A DNA stretch of 32,000 bases from Megasphaera elsdenii DSM 20460. Lineage in GTDB: Bacteria > Bacillota > Negativicutes > Veillonellales > Megasphaeraceae. The notes under the pieces are model-generated. The model worked only from the letters and a program-made list of their open reading frames with translations. It made no database searches and was not told where the DNA came from. Numbering within the stretch: position 1 is the stretch's first letter; every line of letters begins with the position of its first letter. Below are positions 15,407 through 25,962 of the stretch, piece after piece. The translations under genes were made by a program, and so were the position numbers. The stretch spans positions 1,380,001-1,412,000 of the forward strand of contig NZ_CP027570.1 in NCBI RefSeq assembly GCF_003010495.1, given 5' to 3'.

Positions 15407-15518
15407 GCTGATGCACCAGTAGGATTATTTTCCACGAGCCGCGGGTCACTCGAGGCGATGTCGTTAATTTGAATCCGAGGCAGCCTGCGAACTGCCTAAA
15501 CGCCCCCCTAACAATCTT

Positions 15519-15577
15519 ATCGCTAATGTGATATAATTAACCATTACGGATAATAGTATCTCATTAGCGATTTTTTT
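15519..15577 (+). terminator. Inverted repeat plus T7 tract, possibly the terminator of the island operon, overlapping the dnaE promoter
   Basis: ATCGCTAATGtGATA ... TATCtCATTAGCGAT gives 14 bp with one T-T mismatch and a loop of about 23 nt. It is followed by TTTTTTT. The large loop lowers confidence. Confidence 0.35.
15529..15537 (+). promoter_or_regulatory. Candidate extended -10 promoter (TGATATAAT) of dnaE
   Basis: GTGATATAAT lies 58 nt upstream of the dnaE ATG. The strong RBS GAAGGAGG is at 15578..15585. Confidence 0.5.
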
Positions 15578-15594
15578 GAAGGAGGATTTTTTGG

Positions 15595-19074
<3,480 letters not shown>

Positions 19075-19170
19075 GACGTATGAAGGCTTCTGTCATCATG
19101 CAAGGTCCCTTTGCTTCACAGTTTGTAGTATGGAGTTCACTACAAACTACAAACTGCAAACTTAATACTC
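19075..19170. repeat. Intergenic repeat module (ATGAAGG...AGTTTGTAG) plus a CTACAAA-type heptamer array
   Basis: 19080..19135 aligns with 9597..9655, about three quarters identical by eye. A perfect 10-bp hairpin AGTTTGTAGT/ACTACAAACT is present. The phased heptamers are CTACAAA CTACAAA CTGCAAA CTTAATA CTCAAAA. Confidence 0.8.
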
Positions 19171-19205
19171 AAAAAGAGGCTGCCTTAACGCGACAGCCTC
19201 TTTTT
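19171..19205. terminator. Bidirectional intrinsic terminator between dnaE (+) and the CDF transporter gene (-)
   Basis: AAAAAGAGGCTG ccttaacgcga CAGCCTCTTTTT. Together with its 5' flank CAAACTTAATACTC it is nearly identical to 30151..30201. Confidence 0.8.
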
Positions 19206-19206
19206 G

Positions 19207-20385
19207 TCATTTCCCCGGGTCAGCCATGATCTTAGCCAGGACGACGCGGTATCTATCGTTGTATTTTCTCATAGAATCGTTGATGTCCCGGCGGATGCGG
19301 GCGATGCTTTCGACGTTATATTCTGCCGGCGGGATGTGGATATCACAGATGACATTGAGCCGGGCGTGGCCTGACGTGATGCGCAGGTGGTCCGTATGAT
19401 AGCGGGGATATTTTTCGTGGACGATCTGGTCCAAAACGCGTCGGACGGCGTTGATTTGGTGGATGTCCGTGCAGAGCGGGTCCATATGGATGTTGACTTC
19501 CATGTGGTACTTGTCCTGCAATTCGTCTTCCAGGACGTCCAAGGCGGCGTGGACTTCGACCAGGTCGGCTTTATCCGGGACTTCGGCGTGAATCGAGCCG
19601 AACATGCGGCCCGGGCCGTAGTCGTGGATGCGGATGTCGTGGACGCCGACGACGTGGGGACATTTCAAAGCCATGGCTACGATGCCCCGGACGAGTTCCG
19701 GATCCGGCGCCTTTCCCAGGAGGATGTTGATGACGTCTTTGGCAATGCCGTAGCCGGCGTACATGATCATCAAGCCGATAGCCGTGCCGGCAGCGGCATC
19801 GATGGGCAGGGTCGTGAATTGTTGGGCAATGGTAGCGACCAGGACGCCCGTCGTGGCGATGGCATCGGTAATGCTGTCAGCAGCTGTTGCGTCATTGACG
19901 CCGGAATTGATTTTCTTGCCGATATAGCGGTTATAAAGGCACATCCAGACCTTGACGGCGATAGAGATGACGAGGACACCGATGCTCCAATAGGAAAATT
20001 CCATATCTTCCGGTTCAAAGAATTTTTCAATCGACGTTTCACAGAGCTTGTAGCCGACGACGAGGATGATGATGGAAATGGTAAGCGATGCCAAATATTC
20101 GAAGCGGCCATGGCCGAAGGGATGTTCTTTGTCTGGCGGCCGGTTGCTCAGCTTGGCGCTGATGATGGAGATGAATGACGAGCCCATATCGGTCAGGTTG
20201 TTGAAGGCATCGGATAAGATACCGATGCTGTTGCTCATCATGCCGACGAGAAATTTGCTGACAAAGAGGAATAAGTTGCAGAGAATACCTAAGATACCGC
20301 CGAGGATGCTGTATTGTTCACGGACGTGTTTATCGTCTGTGTCTTCATAGTTCTTGATGAAGCGGCGGATAATAAATTCGATCAT
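19207..20385 (-). CDS. Cation diffusion facilitator (CDF) family divalent-metal efflux transporter
   Basis: 392 aa with six TM segments. The CDF metal-site motifs are DAFNNLTDMGS (TM2) and DSITDAIAT (TM5). It also has the cytoplasmic C-terminal domain plus an extra C-terminal extension. Confidence 0.85.
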   Translation of the reverse strand: MIEFIIRRFIKNYEDTDDKHVREQYSILGGILGILCNLFLFVSKFLVGMMSNSIGILSDAFNNLTDMGSSFISIISAKLSNRPPDKEHPFGHGRFEYLASLTISIIILVVGYKLCETSIEKFFEPEDMEFSYWSIGVLVISIAVKVWMCLYNRYIGKKINSGVNDATAADSITDAIATTGVLVATIAQQFTTLPIDAAAGTAIGLMIMYAGYGIAKDVINILLGKAPDPELVRGIVAMALKCPHVVGVHDIRIHDYGPGRMFGSIHAEVPDKADLVEVHAALDVLEDELQDKYHMEVNIHMDPLCTDIHQINAVRRVLDQIVHEKYPRYHTDHLRITSGHARLNVICDIHIPPAEYNVESIARIRRDINDSMRKYNDRYRVVLAKIMADPGK

Positions 20386-20415
20386 ATAAAGTCACCCAGC
20401 TTTCTGATTCCCTCC

Positions 20416-20424
20416 ATTATAGCA
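20416..20424 (-). promoter_or_regulatory. Candidate extended -10 promoter (TGCTATAAT on the minus strand) of the CDF gene
   Basis: The reverse complement reads CTTGTATCTCTTGATATCTCTGCTATAATGGAGGG. The direct repeat CTTGTATCT / CTTGATATCT overlaps the -35 region. Confidence 0.4.
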
Positions 20425-20539
20425 GAGATATCAAGAGATACAAGATATAACGAGAAAGAAAATGAGAATAACTAGATTGCTAAAAAGTCATAATACTATC
20501 GAAAATGGGAATAGTTATTGAGCATTTTGCCTTGAAGAA

Positions 20540-20567
20540 TTGCAATTCCGTGATTTTTCTATATAAT
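20540..20567 (+). promoter_or_regulatory. Candidate promoter of the HAD/MFS operon (TTGCAA-16 nt-TATAAT)
   Basis: The -35 TTGCAA is at 20540..20545 and the -10 TATAAT at 20562..20567, in an AT-rich divergent intergenic region. Confidence 0.45.
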
Positions 20568-20621
20568 AGAAAGGAAACTTAGAAAATAATAAGTTTGTAA
20601 ATTATATGTTGAGGAGGATGT

Positions 20622-21299
20622 ATGAATATACGAAAATTACTTATTTTTGATATGGATGGGACCATGTTTGACACGGAGCCTATTTCTTATCGTTGTTGGC
20701 GGGACGTGTCAGCCCGATATGGATTCGATCTGGACCGACAGGTGTTCGACCACATGCTTGGCCGTGATAATCGGCGCATCCGGGCTATCTGTGACGATGC
20801 TTTTGGGCCGTCCTATCCATATGATGCCATTTGTCGGGAAAAAGTGGCCTTGCAGCTGGACTATTACCGTACTCATGATATCCCTGTCAAACCGGGGCTG
20901 CTCCAGGTCCTGCACTATGCCAGGGAAGCAGGGATGGCCTGCGCCGTCGCCTCGTCGTCACCGCGGGCATTGATTGAATATTTATTAGATAAAACAGGCG
21001 TGGCCTCCTTCTTTTCCGTTGTCCAGAGCGGGGAAGAGGCAGCCCATGGCAAGCCGGCTCCCGATGTGTTCCTCATGGCTTGCGACAAGGCCCTCGTTGA
21101 ACCGTCCCGGGCTTTGGTGTTGGAAGACTCCGAAAATGGTATCCTTGCCGCCCATGCGGCGGGAATCCCGTCTATCTGGATTCCCGATTTAATTACCATT
21201 CCCAAAGACGTACAGGCCCTGGCCTGGAAATGTTGTCACAGCCTGGATGAAGTACCGGAGCTGTTGGCGAAAGGAGATTATCATGATGACACAGAATAA
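20622..21299 (+). CDS. HAD-superfamily hydrolase, subfamily IA (beta-phosphoglucomutase / sugar-phosphatase-like)
   Basis: Motif I is LIFDMDGTMFDTE, motif II is VASSS, and motifs III/IV are GKPAPD and LEDSENGILAAHAAG. Confidence 0.85.
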   Translation: MNIRKLLIFDMDGTMFDTEPISYRCWRDVSARYGFDLDRQVFDHMLGRDNRRIRAICDDAFGPSYPYDAICREKVALQLDYYRTHDIPVKPGLLQVLHYAREAGMACAVASSSPRALIEYLLDKTGVASFFSVVQSGEEAAHGKPAPDVFLMACDKALVEPSRALVLEDSENGILAAHAAGIPSIWIPDLITIPKDVQALAWKCCHSLDEVPELLAKGDYHDDTE

Positions 21300-22488
21300 G
21301 CGGAGCCGCTGGCTTTTGCTCATGACCGTATTGTTAGGGATGCTGGCGGCGATTGCCCCGTTGTCGACGGATATGTACCTGCCGGCCCTGCCGTCGATGA
21401 TGACGGCATTTGGCGTTACGCCGTCGGTTATCCAGCTGACCTTGACGGCTTCCATGGCCGGCATGGCCCTGGGGCAAATTGCCGTCGGTCCTATCAGCGA
21501 CGATAAGGGTCGGCGCCTACCCCTGATGGTCGGCATGGCTATTTTCACCTTGTCGACGGTGGGCTGTATTTGGTCGCCGTCCATTCAGATTTTCCTCATC
21601 TTCCGCCTCATTCAGGGATGCGCCGGCGGTGCCGGTATCGTCCTGTCCCGGGCCATTGCCCGCGATATCTGCAAGGGCAGTGCCTTGACGCGACTCTTTG
21701 CCATGCTCATGCTGGTCAATGGGATTGCTCCTATCCTGGCTCCCGTCATCGGCGGCCAGATCCTGCGCTTTGCCCCGTGGGAAGGCGTCTTCCTTTTCAT
21801 TGCCATTGTCGGGCTGCTCCTGACCGTATCGGCCGGTTTGATGCGTGAAACCCTGCCTCAGCGGCGACGCGTTTCCGGTGGCATGGCGGCCAGTCTGAAC
21901 GGCTTTACGGCCCTGTTCCGTCAGCCTTATTTCATGGGTCATTGTATCATGCAGTGCTTTGCTTTTGCCGCCTTTTTTGCCTATATTTCCGGATCGTCCT
22001 TTGTTTTCCAGAACGTCTACAGCGTATCGGCTCAGGCTTTCAGCCTCATCTTTGGCATCAATGGTGTCGGCCTCATGATCAACGGTGCCGTTACGGGCCG
22101 GTTGACAGGCCGCATTGCTGACTGGAAACTCCTGCGGTTTTCCTTGTTCCTGGCCGCTGTCGGCAGCGTGGCCCTGCTGGCAGCCTTCAGTACCGGCATG
22201 CCGCTGCCGGTCATCATGGTCCTCCTGTTCCTGACCGTATCGACGCTGTCCATGATGAGCACCAGCAGTTTTTCCATGGCTATGCAGGACCAGGGACGCA
22301 GTGCCGGCAGTGCATCGGCTCTCATCGGATTCTTTTCCATGATCAGCGGCGCCGTCATGGCCCCTGTCGTCGGCATCGCTGGCGACCATACGGCCATTCC
22401 CATGGGCATCGTCATGGTCATTGGCGAAATCGGTGCCCTCCTGACCTTCTATGCCTTGATCTATCCGAGACATAAGGATAGTTTGTAG
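21283..22488 (+). CDS. MFS efflux transporter, Bcr/CflA (drug resistance) subfamily
   Basis: LAAIAPLSTDMYLPALPSM and GPISDDKGRR (motif A), with 12 TM segments. I chose the ATG at 21283 (RBS AGGAG 6 nt upstream), which overlaps the HAD gene by 17 nt. The ORF-track start at 21247 adds a non-homologous extension. Confidence 0.85.
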   Translation: MMTQNKRSRWLLLMTVLLGMLAAIAPLSTDMYLPALPSMMTAFGVTPSVIQLTLTASMAGMALGQIAVGPISDDKGRRLPLMVGMAIFTLSTVGCIWSPSIQIFLIFRLIQGCAGGAGIVLSRAIARDICKGSALTRLFAMLMLVNGIAPILAPVIGGQILRFAPWEGVFLFIAIVGLLLTVSAGLMRETLPQRRRVSGGMAASLNGFTALFRQPYFMGHCIMQCFAFAAFFAYISGSSFVFQNVYSVSAQAFSLIFGINGVGLMINGAVTGRLTGRIADWKLLRFSLFLAAVGSVALLAAFSTGMPLPVIMVLLFLTVSTLSMMSTSSFSMAMQDQGRSAGSASALIGFFSMISGAVMAPVVGIAGDHTAIPMGIVMVIGEIGALLTFYALIYPRHKDSL

Positions 22489-22560
22489 CATGGGGGTTGT
22501 AGAAGAGGGTTTAAATTTAAAACCATCCGCTAACCACTAACTGCTAGCCACTAACCACTT
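22476..22560. repeat. Repeat element (AGTTTGTAG word ... CTAR heptamer array) overlapping the MFS stop codon
   Basis: ATAGTTTGTAGCA (shared with 9636..9648) contains the last codons and the TAG stop of the MFS gene. CTAA/CTAG occurs at 22530, 22537, 22544 and 22551, an exact 7-nt period. Confidence 0.85.
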
Positions 22561-22596
22561 AAAATGGCTTGCCGCATATGCGGCAAGCCATTTTTT
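22561..22596. terminator. Bidirectional intrinsic terminator between the MFS gene (+) and the M20 amidohydrolase gene (-)
   Basis: AAAATGGCTTGCCGC atat GCGGCAAGCCATTTTTT. It differs from the hairpin at 9727..9764 by two compensatory base-pair changes. Confidence 0.85.
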
Positions 22597-23855
22597 CATA
22601 TATTCCGTGCGACGAGTTTATCGAGTGGTTCATCTGGCCGCTGGAAGGGGATATCCGGTTTTTGCGACAGGTACTCTAAGGCGAAGCCCAGGCAGGTGGC
22701 GGCGCCGTAGGTCAGGCCGTCTTCGTCGAGGTCAAATTCGGGCGTGTGGTGATTGGCACCGCAGCCTTTTTCTTTGTTTTCGATGCCTGTAAAAGTCAGG
22801 ACGCCCGGGTAAAGGCGGGAGGTGATGGCGAAGGTTTCCGATGCCATCCAGGGCGTGCAGTCCGTGAGGGCATCGGTGCCGATATATTTTTCGACGGCTT
22901 TTTCGGCGATTCCGACGCAGACCGGATTGTTCTGGACTTCAAAGAGCGGTTCCGGCATGTGCAGGATGTCATAGCGGCAGTCATAGGTCTGGCAGGCGTT
23001 GGCGAGGATGCGCTTAAATTCTTCATAGAAGCGCTTGCCAGCGTGGTCGTAGCTGAAGAAGCGGCAGGTGCCGGCAAAGGTCAGGCTGTTGGGGATGACG
23101 TTGAGGACGTCACCGCTGTGCAGGCTGCCGATGGAGAAGGTCAGACATTCTTTCGGTGGTACAGCCCGCATCCGCAGGGCCTGCATATTGCCGTAGAAGT
23201 CGTGGAAGCAGTCGATGGGGCTTTCGGCCAGGTCCGGCCGGGAGCCGTGGCCGCCGTGGCCGTCGATGCGGATTTCAAAGCCGAAGCCGCCGGCCATGGG
23301 AGCTTCGTGGCAGATAGCAACTTTGCCTGCCGGAATATCCCAGCGGACGTGGGTCGCGTAGCAGGCGTCGATATGCCAGGGACTATCGGTTTCCAAGTAG
23401 CGCAGGAGATATTCCAAAGGCCCTGATTCCTCTTCGCCTCGTTCAAACATCAAGACGACTGTGCCGTCCCACTGGTCCTTCCAGCGGTTGAGCCATTTCG
23501 CGGCCATGAGCTGCATGGCCATGTGGCCGTCGTGCCCACAGGCATGCATGACGCCGTGGTTCTGGGAGCGGCAGACGCGGGGACGGGATAAGTTCTTCTC
23601 GCCTTCCTCAATGGGCAGGGCATCGACGTCGGCCCGCAGGAGCAGGGTCTTGCCTGGGCCTTTGCCATCGATCCAGGCGATGAGTCCGCCTTTATCGATT
23701 ATGCGATAGGAAATGCCATAGCCTTTCAATGTTTCCGCAATGTAGGCCAAGGTCTGGTCTTCCTGTTTGGACAGTTCCGGATGTTCATGAAAATGGCGGC
23801 GCAAGGCGACGAGTTCGCCCTGGTCTTTGCGTACTGTTTCGAGAATATCGATCAT
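22596..23855 (-). CDS. M20-family amidohydrolase (M20D, N-acyl-amino-acid amidohydrolase / hippurate-hydrolase-like)
   Basis: LRRHFHEHPELS and HACGHDGH are the metal ligands, and the dimerisation-lid domain is present. I chose the ATG at 23855 (MIDILETVRK, RBS GGAGGGGGA) over the upstream start in the ORF track. Confidence 0.85.
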   Translation of the reverse strand: MIDILETVRKDQGELVALRRHFHEHPELSKQEDQTLAYIAETLKGYGISYRIIDKGGLIAWIDGKGPGKTLLLRADVDALPIEEGEKNLSRPRVCRSQNHGVMHACGHDGHMAMQLMAAKWLNRWKDQWDGTVVLMFERGEEESGPLEYLLRYLETDSPWHIDACYATHVRWDIPAGKVAICHEAPMAGGFGFEIRIDGHGGHGSRPDLAESPIDCFHDFYGNMQALRMRAVPPKECLTFSIGSLHSGDVLNVIPNSLTFAGTCRFFSYDHAGKRFYEEFKRILANACQTYDCRYDILHMPEPLFEVQNNPVCVGIAEKAVEKYIGTDALTDCTPWMASETFAITSRLYPGVLTFTGIENKEKGCGANHHTPEFDLDEDGLTYGAATCLGFALEYLSQKPDIPFQRPDEPLDKLVARNI

Positions 23856-23874
23856 CTTTGCTTCCCCCTCCAGG

Positions 23875-24402
23875 TTATTCTTCAATCCCGATGCGGGCGG
23901 CAATGCCCCGGTCAAAGGGATGTTTGATTTTCTTGATTTCAGAGACGTAATCGGCTAAGTCCAGCAATGCCGGACTGGGATTGCGGCCGGTCAGGACGAC
24001 TTCTGTATGAGCCGGTTTTCCTTTTAAGAAATGGATGACCTGTTCTTCCGGGACGAGTCCCAGGGCACAGGCGCCGACGAGCTCATCGCAGACGGCCAGG
24101 TCGGGGTGATGCTTTTCGCAGAAGTCCTGGATTTTTTGCAACAGTGTTGTCTGGGCTTGGCAGGTCTCTTTTTTTTCGTCTGCTGTCATCTGGAACGTGA
24201 ACTTGGTCATGGCTTTTCCCCTCAGGACCGTGACCTGCGTCAGGGCTTTGAGGGCTTCCAGTTCGCCCGTCGGCCGGCCCTTGAGAAATTGCGCGAAGAG
24301 GACCTTGCCGCCCCGGCCGGCACAACGAAGGACCAGCCCCAATGAAGCCGTCGTCTTGCCCTTGCCGTCACCACAATATATATGTATTAAACCGGTATCC
24401 AT
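23875..24402 (-). CDS. cobO: Cob(I)yrinic acid a,c-diamide (corrinoid) adenosyltransferase, CobO/BtuR type
   Basis: P-loop YCGDGKGKTTASLGL, plus DELVGA and HPFDRGIAARIGIE. I chose the ATG at 24402 (RBS GAGGTG 5 nt upstream) over the GTG at 24417. The gene lies 19 nt upstream of the M20 gene. Confidence 0.85.
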   Translation of the reverse strand: MDTGLIHIYCGDGKGKTTASLGLVLRCAGRGGKVLFAQFLKGRPTGELEALKALTQVTVLRGKAMTKFTFQMTADEKKETCQAQTTLLQKIQDFCEKHHPDLAVCDELVGACALGLVPEEQVIHFLKGKPAHTEVVLTGRNPSPALLDLADYVSEIKKIKHPFDRGIAARIGIEE

Positions 24403-24432
24403 CCTATCACCTCGCACTATTATAATGTCATT

Positions 24433-24441
24433 ATTATACCA
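24433..24441 (-). promoter_or_regulatory. Candidate extended -10 promoter (TGGTATAAT on the minus strand) for cobO and the M20 gene
   Basis: The reverse complement reads TTGATTATGGTATAATAATGACATTATAATAGTGCGAGGTGATAGGATG. Confidence 0.4.
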
Positions 24442-24482
24442 TAATCAAAAGGGGGCAGGTAGTGGCCAGGCGCATCCATTCG

Positions 24483-24491
24483 TGATATAAT
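24483..24491 (+). promoter_or_regulatory. Candidate extended -10 promoter (TGATATAAT) of the CCA-adding enzyme gene
   Basis: GTGATATAAT lies 41 nt upstream of the ATG at 24532. It is divergent from the cobO promoter. Confidence 0.5.
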
Positions 24492-24531
24492 ATAACATCA
24501 GTTAATTTTTTGTGAAAGGAAGGCCGGGAAA

Positions 24532-25962
24532 ATGGAAGAACGAGCCTGTCAGCTATTGACAGCTTTAGAAGATGCAGGCTTTGAAGCCTATGTCGTCGGC
24601 GGTGCTGTGCGCGACCTGCTCATGGGGAAAGAGCCGCATGATTACGACATTACCACGTCTGCCCGGCCAGAAGATATACGGGCTGTTGCCGAAAAAGAAG
24701 GCTGGCATACGGTTGAAATCCATGGCGAAGCCTTCGGCATCGTCGTCGTTGTTGTCGGTGGCCAGACTTTTGAAGTCGCCACCTTCCGCGGCGAAGCCTA
24801 TGGAGAAGACAGCCACCGTCCCGATACGGTCTGGTATGCCGATACCCTGCGTGAAGACGTCCTGCGCCGCGACTTCACGGTCAATGCCATGGCCATGGAT
24901 TGGCGCGGCGATATTTACGACTACGTCGGCGGCCAGAAAGATTTACGCAAGAAGCGGCTGGTCACTGTCGGTGATCCGGTCCGCCGCTTCCAGGAAGATG
25001 CCCTGCGGTTGTTCCGGGCCTGCCGCTTTGCCGGCCAGCTCGACTTCATGGCTTCAAAAGAATTGATCCAGGCCATGCCAAAGGCCTTTGGCCGCGTTTC
25101 TGGCTTGTCTTTAGAACGAGTCGTCAATGAAATGGACCGCCTCATGGTTACGCCGGCGGCTTACCGGGGGCTGGATATCCTGGTCCGCACCGGTCTCGGT
25201 AGCTGTTCGTGCCGACAGAAGGTGAAAGGCTGCTATGAAGCCGTCCCGATCCTGCCGGAATTGAGCCATCTGCCGGAAACGCCGCAGTCGAAGCCTTTCC
25301 ATCTCTTCGATGCCTGGGTGCATACCTTGGCGACCGTCGCTCATACGCCGCCGGACCTGACTATCCGATATGCGGCGTTATTTCACGATATCGCCAAGGG
25401 CCTGCCGGGAATCCGTGGGGTCCATAAGGGCCGTTACACCGATTATGGCCACGATGCCAAAGGAGCGGAACTGGCGGAAGCCATTTTACTGCGCTGGCAT
25501 AAGAAACCAGCCTTTGCCCAGCGCGTGGCCTGGCTGGTCAAGACGCATATGAAATTCCATTTCTTTGCCAATACGGCCGAAGGCGATGTACAGAAGTGGC
25601 TGCGCCATGAAGCCCTCGACGGGCCTTTCCGCCGGACTGAGGAGCTCGTCGAAGCTGTCGGGCAGGCTACGGCCGTTGCCTGTGGTGATATTTTAGGCTG
25701 TGGTCATGCCGATGCCAGCACAGAAGGGACGGAATCTTTCGGGGCCTATATGGCCGTACTGGCCCAAGCCATGCCAGTCAGTACCAAAGACCTGCATTAC
25801 GACCGACGGATTCCCGAGGCTTGCGGCCGTCAGACCGGCGACTGCCTGCGGGTCCTCTTGAAACGGGTCCAGAACCAGGAACTGGTAAATGATGCCGATG
25901 TATTGGCCGAAGCAGCCCGGCGCTGGCTGAAGCGTCATGAAGGGGCAGGGCATCATGGATAA
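24532..25962 (+). CDS. cca: CCA tRNA nucleotidyltransferase (poly(A) polymerase family head domain plus HD domain)
   Basis: GGAVRDLLMGKEPHDYDITT and RDFTVNAMA form the nucleotidyltransferase motifs. The HD motif is LFHDIAKG. Confidence 0.8.
   Translation: MEERACQLLTALEDAGFEAYVVGGAVRDLLMGKEPHDYDITTSARPEDIRAVAEKEGWHTVEIHGEAFGIVVVVVGGQTFEVATFRGEAYGEDSHRPDTVWYADTLREDVLRRDFTVNAMAMDWRGDIYDYVGGQKDLRKKRLVTVGDPVRRFQEDALRLFRACRFAGQLDFMASKELIQAMPKAFGRVSGLSLERVVNEMDRLMVTPAAYRGLDILVRTGLGSCSCRQKVKGCYEAVPILPELSHLPETPQSKPFHLFDAWVHTLATVAHTPPDLTIRYAALFHDIAKGLPGIRGVHKGRYTDYGHDAKGAELAEAILLRWHKKPAFAQRVAWLVKTHMKFHFFANTAEGDVQKWLRHEALDGPFRRTEELVEAVGQATAVACGDILGCGHADASTEGTESFGAYMAVLAQAMPVSTKDLHYDRRIPEACGRQTGDCLRVLLKRVQNQELVNDADVLAEAARRWLKRHEGAGHHG

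Larger units (their letters stand above)
10763..15436. other. AT-rich genomic island carrying two restriction-modification modules (no mobility genes seen)
   Basis: Composition drops sharply: 18/60 G+C in the line at 10801 against 34/60 in the line at 1. Codon usage in the six island ORFs is A/T-ending, unlike the flanks. The borders fall inside native word-repeat intergenic sequence (GTAGGGGAAATGGGG on the left, CCACGAGCC and CTGCGAACTGC on the right). Confidence 0.75.

Noticed and set aside
10763-15436. The island might be a transposon, an integrative element or a prophage remnant.
   Set aside because: No transposase, integrase, recombinase or phage structural genes are present in any frame. 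No flanking tRNA or clear att-like repeats were found. I therefore describe it only as a compositionally foreign island.
20425-20452. The direct repeats AGATATCAAG / AGATACAAG upstream of the CDF gene might be a metal-regulator operator.
   Set aside because: They are short and imperfect, lie in an AT-rich divergent promoter, and overlap a plausible -35 element. They resemble no ArsR/SmtB, MerR, Fur or Zur box I know. I kept them only as part of the promoter annotation.
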